Source: an uncultured Negativicutes bacterium
Lineage (GTDB): Bacteria; Bacillota; Negativicutes; Acidaminococcales; Acidaminococcaceae
Direction: 5' to 3'
NCBI GenBank assembly: GCA_937926555.1
Contig: CALAZX010000199.1
Location: 1-36,754, forward strand
Length of the DNA: 36,754 nucleotides
In this document: in pieces, positions 16,096 through 25,750 of the stretch
Numbering within the stretch: position 1 is the stretch's first letter
How the letters are laid out: each line of letters opens with the position of its first letter
Program-made: the position numbers and the translations under genes
The notes under the pieces: generated by a model
The model's input: the letters and a program-made list of their open reading frames with translations, nothing else
Told to the model about the DNA's origin: nothing
The model's database searches: none

Positions 16096-17343
16096 TCAGT
16101 CTTCGTATTTTTTCAGTACGATAACGGCATTGTGGCCGCCAAAACCGAAGTTGGAGGACATGGCCACTTTCACGTCGGCCTTGCGTGCCTCGTTGGGAAC
16201 GTAGTCCAGATCCAGACCTTCGTCCAGGTCCTGGTCCTTGTAGTTGATGGTCGGGGGGATCACGCCATGCTCGATGGTCAGTGCGGTGGCTACAGCCTCC
16301 ATGCCGCCGGCAGCACCCAGCAGGTGACCGGTCATGGATTTGTTAGAGCTCATGGGCACTTTGTAGGCGCGCTCGCCGAAGATCTTCTTGGATGCCAGGG
16401 TCTCGTTCAGGTCGTTACGGTGGGTGGAGGTGCCATGTGCGTTCACATAGTCCACGTCATCCGGGGTCAGACCTGCGTCTTTGATGGCTGCCAGCATGCA
16501 CTCGGCAGGCATCACGCCGCTGGGATCGGGAGCGGTGATATGGTAAGCGTCGGTGTTCATTGCGAAACCGGCCAGCTCAGCGTAGATATGGGCACCGCGT
16601 TTCTTAGCGTGCTCCAGTTCCTCCAGAACCACAACGCCGGCGCCTTCGCCCATGACGAAACCGTCACGTTTCTTGTCGAAGGGGCAGGATGCTGCCTGGG
16701 GATTCTCGTTGTTGGTGGACAGGGCCTTCATGTTGGCGAAACCTGCGATGGCGATCGGGGAAACAGCTGCTTCCGCACCGCCTGCGATCATGATGTCGGC
16801 ATCACCATACTGGATGCTGCGCATAGCGTCGCCGATGCAGTTGGTGCCGGTGGCGCAAGCGGTCACGATTGCGGTGTTGGGGCCCTTGAAGCCCAGCGCG
16901 ATACCGATGTGCGCTGCGGGCATGTTGGGGATCTCCATGGGGATGAAGAACGGGCTGATCTTGGAGGGTCCGCGGTCATGATATTTCATGGACTGCTCCA
17001 GGAAAGTCTCGATGCCGCCGATGCCGGTGCCTACGCACACGCCGCAACGGGCGGGATCTTCCTCTTCCATGTTCAGTTTGGCGTCAGCCACGGCCTGTTT
17101 GGCTACAGCTACAGCGAACTGTGCCACACGGTCCATGCGGCGGCCGTCTTTCTTGTCGATGTACTGAGTGTAGTCGAAGTCTTTCACTTCGCCTGCGATT
17201 TTCACCGGCAGGTCAGTCGTATCGAAGTTTTTGATGTAATCCACACCGGATTTGCCGGCAGTCAGGTTGTCCCAGAAGGTTTTCACATCGTTGCCGATGG
17301 GGGTGATAGCCCCTAAACCTGTAATAACAACGCGTCTTTTCAA
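16096..17343 (-). CDS. fabF: Beta-ketoacyl-ACP synthase II
   Basis: RRVVITGLG, TACATG, NAHGTST, KSMTGHLLGAAG and NFGFGGHN; TTG start after GAGGTG. Confidence 0.97.
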   Translation of the reverse strand: MKRRVVITGLGAITPIGNDVKTFWDNLTAGKSGVDYIKNFDTTDLPVKIAGEVKDFDYTQYIDKKDGRRMDRVAQFAVAVAKQAVADAKLNMEEEDPARCGVCVGTGIGGIETFLEQSMKYHDRGPSKISPFFIPMEIPNMPAAHIGIALGFKGPNTAIVTACATGTNCIGDAMRSIQYGDADIMIAGGAEAAVSPIAIAGFANMKALSTNNENPQAASCPFDKKRDGFVMGEGAGVVVLEELEHAKKRGAHIYAELAGFAMNTDAYHITAPDPSGVMPAECMLAAIKDAGLTPDDVDYVNAHGTSTHRNDLNETLASKKIFGERAYKVPMSSNKSMTGHLLGAAGGMEAVATALTIEHGVIPPTINYKDQDLDEGLDLDYVPNEARKADVKVAMSSNFGFGGHNAVIVLKKYED

Positions 17344-17394
17344 AATAATCACCTCATATAATTTTTAGCAGCCCAGGACTGCAACTCGTAAATC

Positions 17395-18351
17395 TCAGCA
17401 GTCAATCGCTGCCACTTCAGCTTTTATGCGCCGGAAAATCTCCTTGACGGGGAGAATCTCCTTTATTTTCCACATATTGGCACCTGTAAAGATAAGTCCC
17501 GTCTCCACGTCACCCTGCTGCGCGCGGGTCAGAGCCCGGATAATGCAGAAAGAGTGGGTGCAATGCTTCAGGCAGGCATCACAGGTGATCGGTTTCGGCG
17601 CAATCCCGTCCAGGGAGAGCTTGGCAAAGGGGCTCAGGATAGAGCGGCCTTTGTAGCCAACCGGACTGTCAATCTGGACTACGTCATCCTTGGTCATTTT
17701 CAGGTACATTTCCTTCAGAGCCGGAGCCCCGTTGGATTCTTCGCTGGCCGCGAAACGGCTGCCCATCTGGACACCGCTGGCTCCCAGCTTTATCAGTTCG
17801 GCCACATCCGCGCCGCAGACAGCACCGCCGGCCGCGATAACGGGAATGTTCACCGCTTTCACAATCTCAGGTAAAATTTCTTTAATCGAATACTGCGTTC
17901 CCAGATGTCCGCCGGCTTCGGTACCTTCCACCACAATGGCGGCTGCACCCAGCTTCTCGGAAATCTTGGCCAGTTTTACAGAAGAGACAATAGGAACCAC
18001 CGCGACACCATATTCCCTGCCAACGGCGAATATATCTCTTGAAAAACCGGCACCGGCGACAATCAGGTCGATACCTTCCTGGGCAGCGGTCACTATTAAA
18101 TTTTTGAAAGCGCGGGCAGCAACCATGCAGTTGATACCGATGATACCCTTGCCATTTGTCAGTTTCCGGGCCAGCCGGATCTCTGTTCTGAGTTCCTGCT
18201 CTTCCATGCCGGAAGCGGCAATCAGGCCGATACCGCCTTCATTAGCTACCGCAGCAGCCAAACGTGCCGTTGATAATCTGATGGCCATACCGCCTTGCAC
18301 AATCGGTACAGTAGCAGTCAGATCTCCTATTTTGAGCACTGGTAATTTCAA
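17395..18351 (-). CDS. Nitronate monooxygenase-family flavoprotein (FabK/FabX-like) with four-Cys motif
   Basis: PIVQGGM, VEGTEAGGH, PVIAAGG and GVQMGSRF; C-terminal CDACLKHC...FC. Confidence 0.85.
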   Translation of the reverse strand: MKLPVLKIGDLTATVPIVQGGMAIRLSTARLAAAVANEGGIGLIAASGMEEQELRTEIRLARKLTNGKGIIGINCMVAARAFKNLIVTAAQEGIDLIVAGAGFSRDIFAVGREYGVAVVPIVSSVKLAKISEKLGAAAIVVEGTEAGGHLGTQYSIKEILPEIVKAVNIPVIAAGGAVCGADVAELIKLGASGVQMGSRFAASEESNGAPALKEMYLKMTKDDVVQIDSPVGYKGRSILSPFAKLSLDGIAPKPITCDACLKHCTHSFCIIRALTRAQQGDVETGLIFTGANMWKIKEILPVKEIFRRIKAEVAAIDC

Positions 18352-18387
18352 CAGATATCCCCCATTTCAGGACAAAGCGGACCATGA

Positions 18388-18405
18388 GGAAGCCATATGG
18401 CTTCC
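18388..18405. other. Perfect 18-bp palindrome downstream of acpP (likely mRNA-stabilising stem)
   Basis: GGAAGCCATATGGCTTCC, 19 nt past the acpP stop, no U-tract. Confidence 0.55.
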
Positions 18406-18424
18406 CCGGCCGCCGAAAAAATTA

Positions 18425-18655
18425 TTATTTTTCTTCGTCCAACATTTTAACTGCGTCGGCAACAGTACGGATTTTCTCAGCTTTTTCGTCGGGGATTTCA
18501 ACACCGAATTCCTCTTCGAAAGCCATAATCAGCTCAACGATGTCCAGAGAGTCAGCACCCAGGTCATCGATGAATGCGGATTCCATTTTTACTTCGTCAG
18601 CATCAACGCTCAACTGTTCAACAGTGATATCTCTTACTTTCTCGAAAGTGTTCAT
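18425..18655 (-). CDS. acpP: Acyl carrier protein
   Basis: [21 protein letters not shown]; GGAGGTG RBS. Confidence 0.98.
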   Translation of the reverse strand: MNTFEKVRDITVEQLSVDADEVKMESAFIDDLGADSLDIVELIMAFEEEFGVEIPDEKAEKIRTVADAVKMLDEEK

Positions 18656-18696
18656 CAAGATTCACCTCCTTCCAAGGGATGTGTATTAATGCATTA

Positions 18697-19440
18697 CTAC
18701 ATTAACATACCGCCGTTGACATGTAAAGTCTGGCCGGTAATATAGGCAGCGTCATCCGAAACAAGGAATGCGACTGCGTTAGCAATATCCTCAGGCTCGC
18801 CTAAACGACCCATGGGGATACCTGCTTTCAGGTTATCGACTACTTTCTCGGACAGGACAGCGGTCATATCCGTGGAAATGAAGCCGGGAGCCACTGCGTT
18901 CACAGTGATGCCCCTTGCAGCGGTCTCTTTGGCCACTGCCTTGGTGAAGCCCAGCATGCCTGCCTTGGCGGCGGCATAGTTCGCCTGGCCTGCATTGCCC
19001 ATGGCCCCTACTACGGAGCTGATGTTGACAATACGGCCGCTGCGGGCTTTCATCATATATTTGATAGCAGCTTTCGTGCAGTTGTACACGCTCTTCAGGT
19101 TGGTGTTCAGCACTGCATCCCAGTCTGCTTCTTTCATGCGCATCAGGAGAGTGTCACGGGTGATTCCCGCGTTGTTCACGAGAATGTCGATCTTGCCCAT
19201 CTTCTCCACAACTTCGTCAATCATGGCGGCACAAGCTTCGGTGTCTGCCACGTCGGTCTTGATCATGATCGCCTTGCGGCCCATCGCCTCAATCTCGGCT
19301 ACGGTCTTCTCCGCAGCTTCCACGTTGCCGGCGAAGTTGATGGCCACGTCAGCTCCACGGGCTGCCAGGGTCAGAGCGATGCTCCGTCCGATGCCGCGGG
19401 AACCGCCGGTTACAAGGGCTACCTTTCCTTCTAATTGCAT
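18697..19440 (-). CDS. fabG: 3-oxoacyl-ACP reductase
   Basis: [16 protein letters not shown] and NYAAAK motifs. Confidence 0.97.
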   Translation of the reverse strand: MQLEGKVALVTGGSRGIGRSIALTLAARGADVAINFAGNVEAAEKTVAEIEAMGRKAIMIKTDVADTEACAAMIDEVVEKMGKIDILVNNAGITRDTLLMRMKEADWDAVLNTNLKSVYNCTKAAIKYMMKARSGRIVNISSVVGAMGNAGQANYAAAKAGMLGFTKAVAKETAARGITVNAVAPGFISTDMTAVLSEKVVDNLKAGIPMGRLGEPEDIANAVAFLVSDDAAYITGQTLHVNGGMLM

Positions 19441-19441
19441 T

Positions 19442-20389
19442 TTAACGAACCTCCTTGAAATAAGCAAGCGTTTTTTCCAGGCTTGCGGTGTCCTCCACGT
19501 TCAGTGCGTTCATCTCGCGGTCGATCTTGCGGATGAAGCCGGTGAGCACACGGCCCGGGCCTACTTCCACAAAGGTATCGAAGCCTGCTTCGATCATGTT
19601 CCGCATGGAAACTTCCCACTGTACCGGGGAAGCGGCCTGTTTCACCAGCAGGTCACGGATCTCCTCACCCTTCACAACGGGTTTGGCGGTCACGTTGGCA
19701 ACTACGGGGAACTTGGCGTCACGGAACTCGATACCGTCCAGCACTTCTTTCAGGCGCAGGGCTGCGGGCTGCATCAGGGAGCTGTGGAAAGGTGCGCTTA
19801 CGGGCAGGGATACAGCGCGGCGGGCGCCGGCATCCTTCAGGGCCTCGATGGCTCTCTCAACAGCAGGTGCGGCACCGGCGATAACAACCTGGCCGGGGCA
19901 GTTGAAGTTTACTGCCTGGACAACCTGTTTGCACTCAGCCTCAACCTCGTTACATACATTCACGATATCCTCGGCGGACAGACCCATGACAGCGGCCATG
20001 GCGCCTTCGCCTACGGGAACAGCCTCCTGCATGAACTGGCCGCGTTTGCGGACAGCGCGTACAGCGTCGGCGAAATCGATTGCGTCAGCGGCAACCAGAG
20101 CGGAATACTCGCCCAGGCTGTGACCGCCTGCGATCTCGCAGTCCAGGCCGTTCTCACGGAGCACTGCCAGAGTGGCGATGCTGCAGGTGAGGATAGCGGG
20201 CTGGGTGTTATAGGTCAGACGGAGGTCGGCCTCCGGACCTTCGAAGCACATCTTGGTGATGGAGAAGCCCAGTGCCTCGTCAGCCTGTTCGAATACTTCT
20301 CTCGCACAGGCGTAATTATCATAGAAATCCTTGCACATACCTACTTTTTGGGAACCCTGTCCCGGGAATACAAATGCGATTTTTGCCAT
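19442..20389 (-). CDS. fabD: Malonyl-CoA:ACP transacylase
   Basis: FPGQGSQ, GHSLGEY and VSAPFHS motifs. Confidence 0.97.
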   Translation of the reverse strand: MAKIAFVFPGQGSQKVGMCKDFYDNYACAREVFEQADEALGFSITKMCFEGPEADLRLTYNTQPAILTCSIATLAVLRENGLDCEIAGGHSLGEYSALVAADAIDFADAVRAVRKRGQFMQEAVPVGEGAMAAVMGLSAEDIVNVCNEVEAECKQVVQAVNFNCPGQVVIAGAAPAVERAIEALKDAGARRAVSLPVSAPFHSSLMQPAALRLKEVLDGIEFRDAKFPVVANVTAKPVVKGEEIRDLLVKQAASPVQWEVSMRNMIEAGFDTFVEVGPGRVLTGFIRKIDREMNALNVEDTASLEKTLAYFKEVR

Positions 20390-20460
20390 AGAGAAAACCT
20401 CCCTTTCTGATGGCGCCTGCCGGCTTCCCGCCGGTGGAGACGCATGTCACGGAACAGCCG

Positions 20461-21450
20461 TTATTTTGCCCACTTCAGCACAGCCGAAGCCCAGGTCAGT
20501 CCCGTTCCGAAAGCGACAACCAGCACGTTGTCACCTTTTTTCAACCGGCCTTCCGCCTCCGCCTCTGACAGGCAGATGGGGATGCAGGCAGCCGATGTGT
20601 TGCCATATTTATGGATGTTCACCCATACTTTGTCGTGGTCGATCTTGAGCCGTTTCACCGCGCTGTCGATGATGCGGGTGTTGGCCTGATGCGGTACCAG
20701 CAGGTCCACATCGTCGATGGTCAGTCCGGCTTTCTTCAGCGTGCGCAGGCAGGACTGCCCCATGGTGCGCACGGCGAATTTGAAGACCTCGCGGCCCGCC
20801 ATGTGCACGAAGTGCCCATGGTTGTCCACCGTCTCGTGGCTGGCCGGATTGCGGCTGCCGCCGGCGGGCTGCACCAGAAGCTGCGCGCCGCTGCCGTCAG
20901 AACCCAGTTCCAGGCCCAGGATGCCGTAGCCTTCCTCCACCCGGCCGATCACTGCCGCGCCGGCGCCGTCGCCGAACAGCACGCAGGTGTTGCGGTCGGT
21001 CCAGTCCAGGATGCGGGACAGGGTCTCCGCACCGATGACCAGGATCTTCTTGTACAGACCGCTGCTGATCATCTGGGCCGCCACAGACATGCTGTAAACG
21101 AACCCGCTGCAGCCTGCGGACAGGTCGAATGCCGCCGCATGGCTCGCGCCCAGCGCGTCCTGCACGATGCAGGCCGTGGACGGGAACGCATGGTCCGGAG
21201 TGGCGGTTGCCACAATCACCAGATCCAGCTCCTCGGCCTTGGTGTCAGCGTCTTTCAGCGCTTTCTTCGCGGCCTCGATGCACAGATCGGACGTGGCCTG
21301 TTCCGGAGCGGCAATCCGTCTGTTCCGGATACCTGTCCGCTCCACAATCCACTCATCACTCGTATCGACGATCTTCTCCAGATCGGCATTGGTCAGATTC
21401 TTTTCGGGCAGGTAGGATCCCACCCCTAAAATGCCAGCTGAAAAACCCAT
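20461..21450 (-). CDS. fabH: Beta-ketoacyl-ACP synthase III
   Basis: AGCSGF, LFGDGAGA, PHQAN and YGNTSAA motifs; GGAGG RBS before ATG 21450. Confidence 0.97.
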   Translation of the reverse strand: MGFSAGILGVGSYLPEKNLTNADLEKIVDTSDEWIVERTGIRNRRIAAPEQATSDLCIEAAKKALKDADTKAEELDLVIVATATPDHAFPSTACIVQDALGASHAAAFDLSAGCSGFVYSMSVAAQMISSGLYKKILVIGAETLSRILDWTDRNTCVLFGDGAGAAVIGRVEEGYGILGLELGSDGSGAQLLVQPAGGSRNPASHETVDNHGHFVHMAGREVFKFAVRTMGQSCLRTLKKAGLTIDDVDLLVPHQANTRIIDSAVKRLKIDHDKVWVNIHKYGNTSAACIPICLSEAEAEGRLKKGDNVLVVAFGTGLTWASAVLKWAK

Positions 21451-21538
21451 GTTCTTTCCTCCATATCTATCCGTAGAAGCGAGGCGCGGGCGGTAACTCT
21501 CGTTCCGTGCTCCGCAAACTATCCGGTTTGTCAACATC

Positions 21539-22540
21539 TTATTCGTCGGTGCTTGCCAGGTCGGCGATCTCCTGCACGATGTCGCTCTTCACGCCGTAAG
21601 CCGCTACGCGGATGGCGCTCTTGATATCCTTCGCCTTGGAGCTGCCGTGGCAGATGAAGAAGGGTGCCCGTACGCCCAGCAGCAGCGCGCCGCCGTATTC
21701 GGCGGGGTCAAGCCGCTTGCCCAGGTCCTTCAGCGCCGGTTTGATCAGCAGGCCGCCCAGCTTCGCCAGGATGCCGCCGCCCAGGATGGCGTCCTTCACC
21801 ATGGTCTTCATGGCGGTTGCCAGTCCCTCGGCGAACTTCAGGACCACGTTGCCCACGAAACCGTCGCAGACAACCACGTCCACCGTGCCTTTGTTGATGT
21901 CACGGCCTTCCACATTGCCGATGAAGTTGATCTTCTTGTTCTCTTTCAGCAGCGGATAGGTGGCCAGAGCCTGTTCGTTTCCCTTGGTCTCCTCCTCGCC
22001 GATGTTCAGCAGGCCCACCCGGGGATTCTCAATGCCCAGGATGAGGCGTGCATAGACGGAACCCATCACAGCGCTCTGCACCATGTGTTCCGGTTTTGCG
22101 TCCACTTTCGCACCGCTGTCCAGCACAACCGTGGTTCCGGTGAGGCTGGGAATCGGCGTGGCGATGGACGGACGGCTGATTCCTTTGATCCGTCCCAGAT
22201 GGAACAGCGCAGAAGCCACGGCGGCTCCGGTGCTGCCGGAGGATACCAGCGCGTCGCATTCTTTGTTCCGCAGCATGTCCGTGGCCACCACGATGGAACT
22301 GTCCTTCTTGGTCTTCACGGCGATGCCGGGATGCTCATGCATCGTGATGACTTCCGATGCGTGTTTTATGCTCAGGTGCGGATTGTCCTCCGCGCCATAT
22401 TCTTTCAAAAGCTGGGTAATGGTGGGCTCGTCCCCTACCAGCACTACATCGCAGCTGAATTCCTTCACTGCCTGCACTGCCCCCAGAACAAGTTCTTTCG
22501 GGCCGTAGTCGGTGCCCATCACGTCGAGAGCAATCTTCAT
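21539..22540 (-). CDS. plsX: Phosphate acyltransferase PlsX
   Basis: IALDVMG.D, LLNIGEEETKG, CDGFVGNVVLK and HGSS motifs. Confidence 0.97.
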   Translation of the reverse strand: MKIALDVMGTDYGPKELVLGAVQAVKEFSCDVVLVGDEPTITQLLKEYGAEDNPHLSIKHASEVITMHEHPGIAVKTKKDSSIVVATDMLRNKECDALVSSGSTGAAVASALFHLGRIKGISRPSIATPIPSLTGTTVVLDSGAKVDAKPEHMVQSAVMGSVYARLILGIENPRVGLLNIGEEETKGNEQALATYPLLKENKKINFIGNVEGRDINKGTVDVVVCDGFVGNVVLKFAEGLATAMKTMVKDAILGGGILAKLGGLLIKPALKDLGKRLDPAEYGGALLLGVRAPFFICHGSSKAKDIKSAIRVAAYGVKSDIVQEIADLASTDE

Positions 22541-23115
22541 GCTTCTTCCTGCTTCCTTTCATTCTCCACCGCGGCGATGATGAACTTCGCACGGAAAACC
22601 TCCGTGTCGCCGTTGCGGATACTGACTTTAATATAGTACTTGTCACATTTGATGTTGGTCACTTCTGCCTTGGCGACAAGCTTCGTGCCCGGATACACAG
22701 GCACCTTGTATTTCACATTGCTCACCGCTGTCAGTGCGAACTCCGCATCCACGACAGCCAGCGCCAGCGTGTCCGCCATGGCGAACATGTAGTAGCCTCT
22801 GGCCACCCCTGTCTTCTCCAGCACCATCTCGTTGGTGATGGAAAGTGTGGATATGCCGACCTTGTTCAGTTCCAGGTCGATCAGTTCCCCCACGATATCC
22901 TTCTTGTCGATGGCACGGAGCCTGGTCCGCGCCGTCCCCGCCATGCGGCGGGTGCGTTCCCGCAGTTCCGGGATGTTCAGGGAGACCCTGTCCAGCCGGA
23001 TGGTGGGTACGCTGACTTTCAGTATTCTCGCCAGCTGCTCGTCGGTATGAAACGGATTCCGTCCAAGAAGCCGCTGCAGCTTGTCCTGCCGTATTAACTT
23101 TTTGGATGAATTCAT
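22537..23115 (-). CDS. fapR: Malonyl-CoA-responsive transcription factor FapR
   Basis: NPFHTDEQLA..VSVPTIRLDR HTH, IVGELIDLE and hot-dog domain; ATGA overlap with plsX. Confidence 0.95.
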   Translation of the reverse strand: MNSSKKLIRQDKLQRLLGRNPFHTDEQLARILKVSVPTIRLDRVSLNIPELRERTRRMAGTARTRLRAIDKKDIVGELIDLELNKVGISTLSITNEMVLEKTGVARGYYMFAMADTLALAVVDAEFALTAVSNVKYKVPVYPGTKLVAKAEVTNIKCDKYYIKVSIRNGDTEVFRAKFIIAAVENERKQEEA

Positions 23116-23130
23116 TTTATCACCTTGCTT

Positions 23131-23147
23131 TTAACACCTGGTCATAA
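23131..23147. promoter_or_regulatory. FapR operator
   Basis: 17-bp imperfect palindrome TTAACACCTGGTCATAA between promoter and RBS, similar to the Bacillus FapR site TTAGTACCTAGTCTTAA as recalled. Confidence 0.75.
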
Positions 23148-23158
23148 TATCTGTTAGT

Positions 23159-23187
23159 ATTATACCCGTAACGGCCGGATTGCGCAA
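23159..23187 (-). promoter_or_regulatory. Promoter of the fapR-plsX-fab operon
   Basis: TTGCGC, 17 bp, TATAAT on the minus strand. Confidence 0.7.
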
Positions 23188-23442
23188 GCTTTTTTTATCA
23201 TATTACACATGTTTTTCACAAAATCCGCCCATCTGACGGAACAGTCAGAAAGCCGATGTCCATGCGGTTTAGAGCATATCAGCTCCGCCGGATCCTGTTC
23301 CGGCGCGTCTCCCCGGCCACGCCCGCACCTCTCCCGGGCCCGCTCCGGCTTCCATGCCGGATTTGTGTCGCCCCGGCCCCATTTCGCTTCTTCCCTCTCC
23401 GCAGACCTCCCGCCCTGCCGGCGGAAGCGTTTCCGGACAAAG

Positions 23443-23472
23443 AAAAAACCCTGAAACGTTGTCGTTTCAGGG
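23443..23472 (-). terminator. Terminator after rpmF
   Basis: CCCTGAAACG-4nt-CGTTTCAGGG plus U6 on the minus strand. Confidence 0.85.
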
Positions 23473-23486
23473 CAAGTTCGCATGGA

Positions 23487-23666
23487 TTACTCCTCGGTTT
23501 TGATGACCTCTTTGCCATCGTAGCTACCACATACAGTGCAAACGCGATGCGGCATCTTGGGTTCATGACACTGGGGACATTCAACCAGACCAGGAGCGGT
23601 CAGTTTCCAGTTAGCGCGACGGGAATCACGACGTGCTTTGGACATTTTTCTCTTCGGTACTGCCAT
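23487..23666 (-). CDS. rpmF: 50S ribosomal protein L32 (59 aa, Zn-ribbon form; absent from the ORF track)
   Basis: Manual translation [59 protein letters not shown]; GAGGAGGTG RBS. Confidence 0.98.
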   Translation of the reverse strand: MAVPKRKMSKARRDSRRANWKLTAPGLVECPQCHEPKMPHRVCTVCGSYDGKEVIKTEE

Positions 23667-23700
23667 TTCAAATACACCTCCTCAAGCCAAAATGGTGAAT

Positions 23701-24204
23701 TTAATCTTTGAAGAATTGCTTTAATGCCGACAGTCTCGGGTCGATTGTGCTGGTATCACAGCTGCAGGGGCTGACATTGCGGTCAGCGCCGCAGACAGGG
23801 CAGATTCCCAGACAATCTTCTTTGCACAAGACTCTCAGAGGTTCTGCTAACAGCAGGCTCTCACGGAGCGGATCCGTCAAATCGACGATATCCCCTTCGT
23901 AGACAAAAGCATCACTTTCAACACCTTGGGCTCCGGCTGGGTAGAATTTCTCAACCACATGGCCCCGGTTCTCACCCGTGAACTCGCGGAGACAACGGGA
24001 GCATACCCGCCGCACCTTGGCACGGACGTCCGCCTGGAGCAGCAGGACATCGCCTGCGTTGGAAATCTCGCCTTCCACACTTATCAGGCCAACCACCGGC
24101 AGATCGGATTCAGTAAGATCCAGCTCTTCCGGTTCCAGCTCATAAGAGAGAGGTTTTTTACCAGTCAGATGTTTCGTAATTTCTGCGACATTAATCTTTA
24201 TCAT
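23701..24204 (-). CDS. yceD: DUF177/YceD family protein
   Basis: CSRCL, LCKEDCLGICPVCG and IDPRLSAL motifs; upstream of rpmF. Confidence 0.93.
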   Translation of the reverse strand: MIKINVAEITKHLTGKKPLSYELEPEELDLTESDLPVVGLISVEGEISNAGDVLLLQADVRAKVRRVCSRCLREFTGENRGHVVEKFYPAGAQGVESDAFVYEGDIVDLTDPLRESLLLAEPLRVLCKEDCLGICPVCGADRNVSPCSCDTSTIDPRLSALKQFFKD

Positions 24205-24222
24205 ATTTCACCAATCGTTACA

Positions 24223-24251
24223 ATTATATCTATGCGGTTACCCTTTGTCAA
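24223..24251 (-). promoter_or_regulatory. Consensus promoter of yceD-rpmF
   Basis: TTGACA, 17 bp, TATAAT on the minus strand. Confidence 0.85.
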
Positions 24252-24258
24252 GAAAAAA

Positions 24259-25464
24259 TCAGATCCCGATGAGACGGCGGCAGATTTGCGCCGTATCGCG
24301 GGCTATCATCAGTTCCTCGTTGGTGGGCACAGTGAAAATTTTCACTCTCGCGTTGGGAACGCTGATTTCGCGGGCCACGCCCCGGCACTGGTTCAGTTTC
24401 GGGTCGATTCTGGTTCCCAGGTATTCCAGCCCGTTGCAGATCTTGTCACGCATGAAGGGGGAGTTCTCGCCCAGCCCCGCCGTGAACGTGATGGCGTCCG
24501 CACCGCCCATGACAGCCACGTAGGAGCCGATGAACTTCTTCACCCGGTAGGCGAAGATGTCGATAGCCAGCTGGGACCGGTCGTCACCATGGCGCGCGGC
24601 CTCGTCCACGTCCCGCAGGTCGCTGGACAGACCGGAGATGCCCTTGATGCCGGACTCCTTGTTCAGATAGTCCGTGACCTCCTGCTCCGTCATGTTCTTT
24701 TTCTTCATTATAAAGGGAATGATGGCCGGATCAATCTCACCGGACCGTGTTCCCATGATCAGACCGTCCAGCGGGGTGAAGCCCATGGAGGTGTCCACGG
24801 ACTTGCCGTATTTCACCGCCGTCACCGAGGCGCCGTTGCCAAGGTGGCAGGTGATGATGCGCAGGTTGGTCATGTGTTCGTTCATCATATCCGCGGTCAC
24901 CTGGGCCACATACCGGTGGGAGGTGCCGTGGAAGCCGTAGCGGCGGATGCCGTACTTCTCGTAGAGATCGTAGGGCAGGCCGTACAGGTACGCGTACTTC
25001 GGCATGGTCTGATGAAACGCCGTGTCGAAGACAGCCACCTGGGGTTTGGTGGGCAGGAACTCGGTGCTGGCCTTGATGCCGAAGACGTTGGGGGGATTGT
25101 TCACCGGCGCGATCTCGCAGCAGGCTTCGATATTCTCCAGCACGTCCTCCGTGATCAGCACGGAATCGCTGAACCGTTCGCCACCGTGGACCACGCGGTG
25201 TCCTACCGCGTCGATGGTCTCCAGGTCCGGAATCACGCCGTGCTCCTTGTCCGTCAGCGCATCCAGCGCCAGTTTCACCGCGATACGGTGGTTGGGGATA
25301 TTCACCTCGAACTCCTCAGACTTGCCGTTCGCCGTATGTTTGAGCAGAGAGCCCTTGGAGCCGATACGCTCCGCCAGGCCTTTCGCCATCACAACTTCGT
25401 GCTCCATATCAATCAGCTGGTATTTCAGCGATGAACTGCCGCAGTTGATAGTTAAGATAATCAT
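24259..25464 (-). CDS. ackA: Acetate/propionate kinase
   Basis: INCGSSSLKY, GHRVVHGG, FDTAFH, YGFHGTSH, HLGNGAS and PTNEEL; CAGGAGG RBS. Confidence 0.96.
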   Translation of the reverse strand: MIILTINCGSSSLKYQLIDMEHEVVMAKGLAERIGSKGSLLKHTANGKSEEFEVNIPNHRIAVKLALDALTDKEHGVIPDLETIDAVGHRVVHGGERFSDSVLITEDVLENIEACCEIAPVNNPPNVFGIKASTEFLPTKPQVAVFDTAFHQTMPKYAYLYGLPYDLYEKYGIRRYGFHGTSHRYVAQVTADMMNEHMTNLRIITCHLGNGASVTAVKYGKSVDTSMGFTPLDGLIMGTRSGEIDPAIIPFIMKKKNMTEQEVTDYLNKESGIKGISGLSSDLRDVDEAARHGDDRSQLAIDIFAYRVKKFIGSYVAVMGGADAITFTAGLGENSPFMRDKICNGLEYLGTRIDPKLNQCRGVAREISVPNARVKIFTVPTNEELMIARDTAQICRRLIGI

Positions 25465-25750
25465 GGTGCTGCCTCCTGAAAAGATTTGCACATAGCCTTG
25501 TGGTTTTATTATAATAGATTTGACCGCTTCTGAAAAGCGGCGGCACCTATTTTCGTAATATTCCCCTCCGGGAGAAAGCGCGGCGGAACCGTCCGGCTCC
25601 CATGGGGATGACCTACAGACAAATATTGTACACTATATCCCCTATTATACAACATAATTCGCGATTTTTCTGTTTTTTATGGTTTTCCGGCCCGGAAAGG
25701 GGATTTCCGGTTTCCGGAGGCCATCTGATATCCGGATGAAAGGAGTCCTT

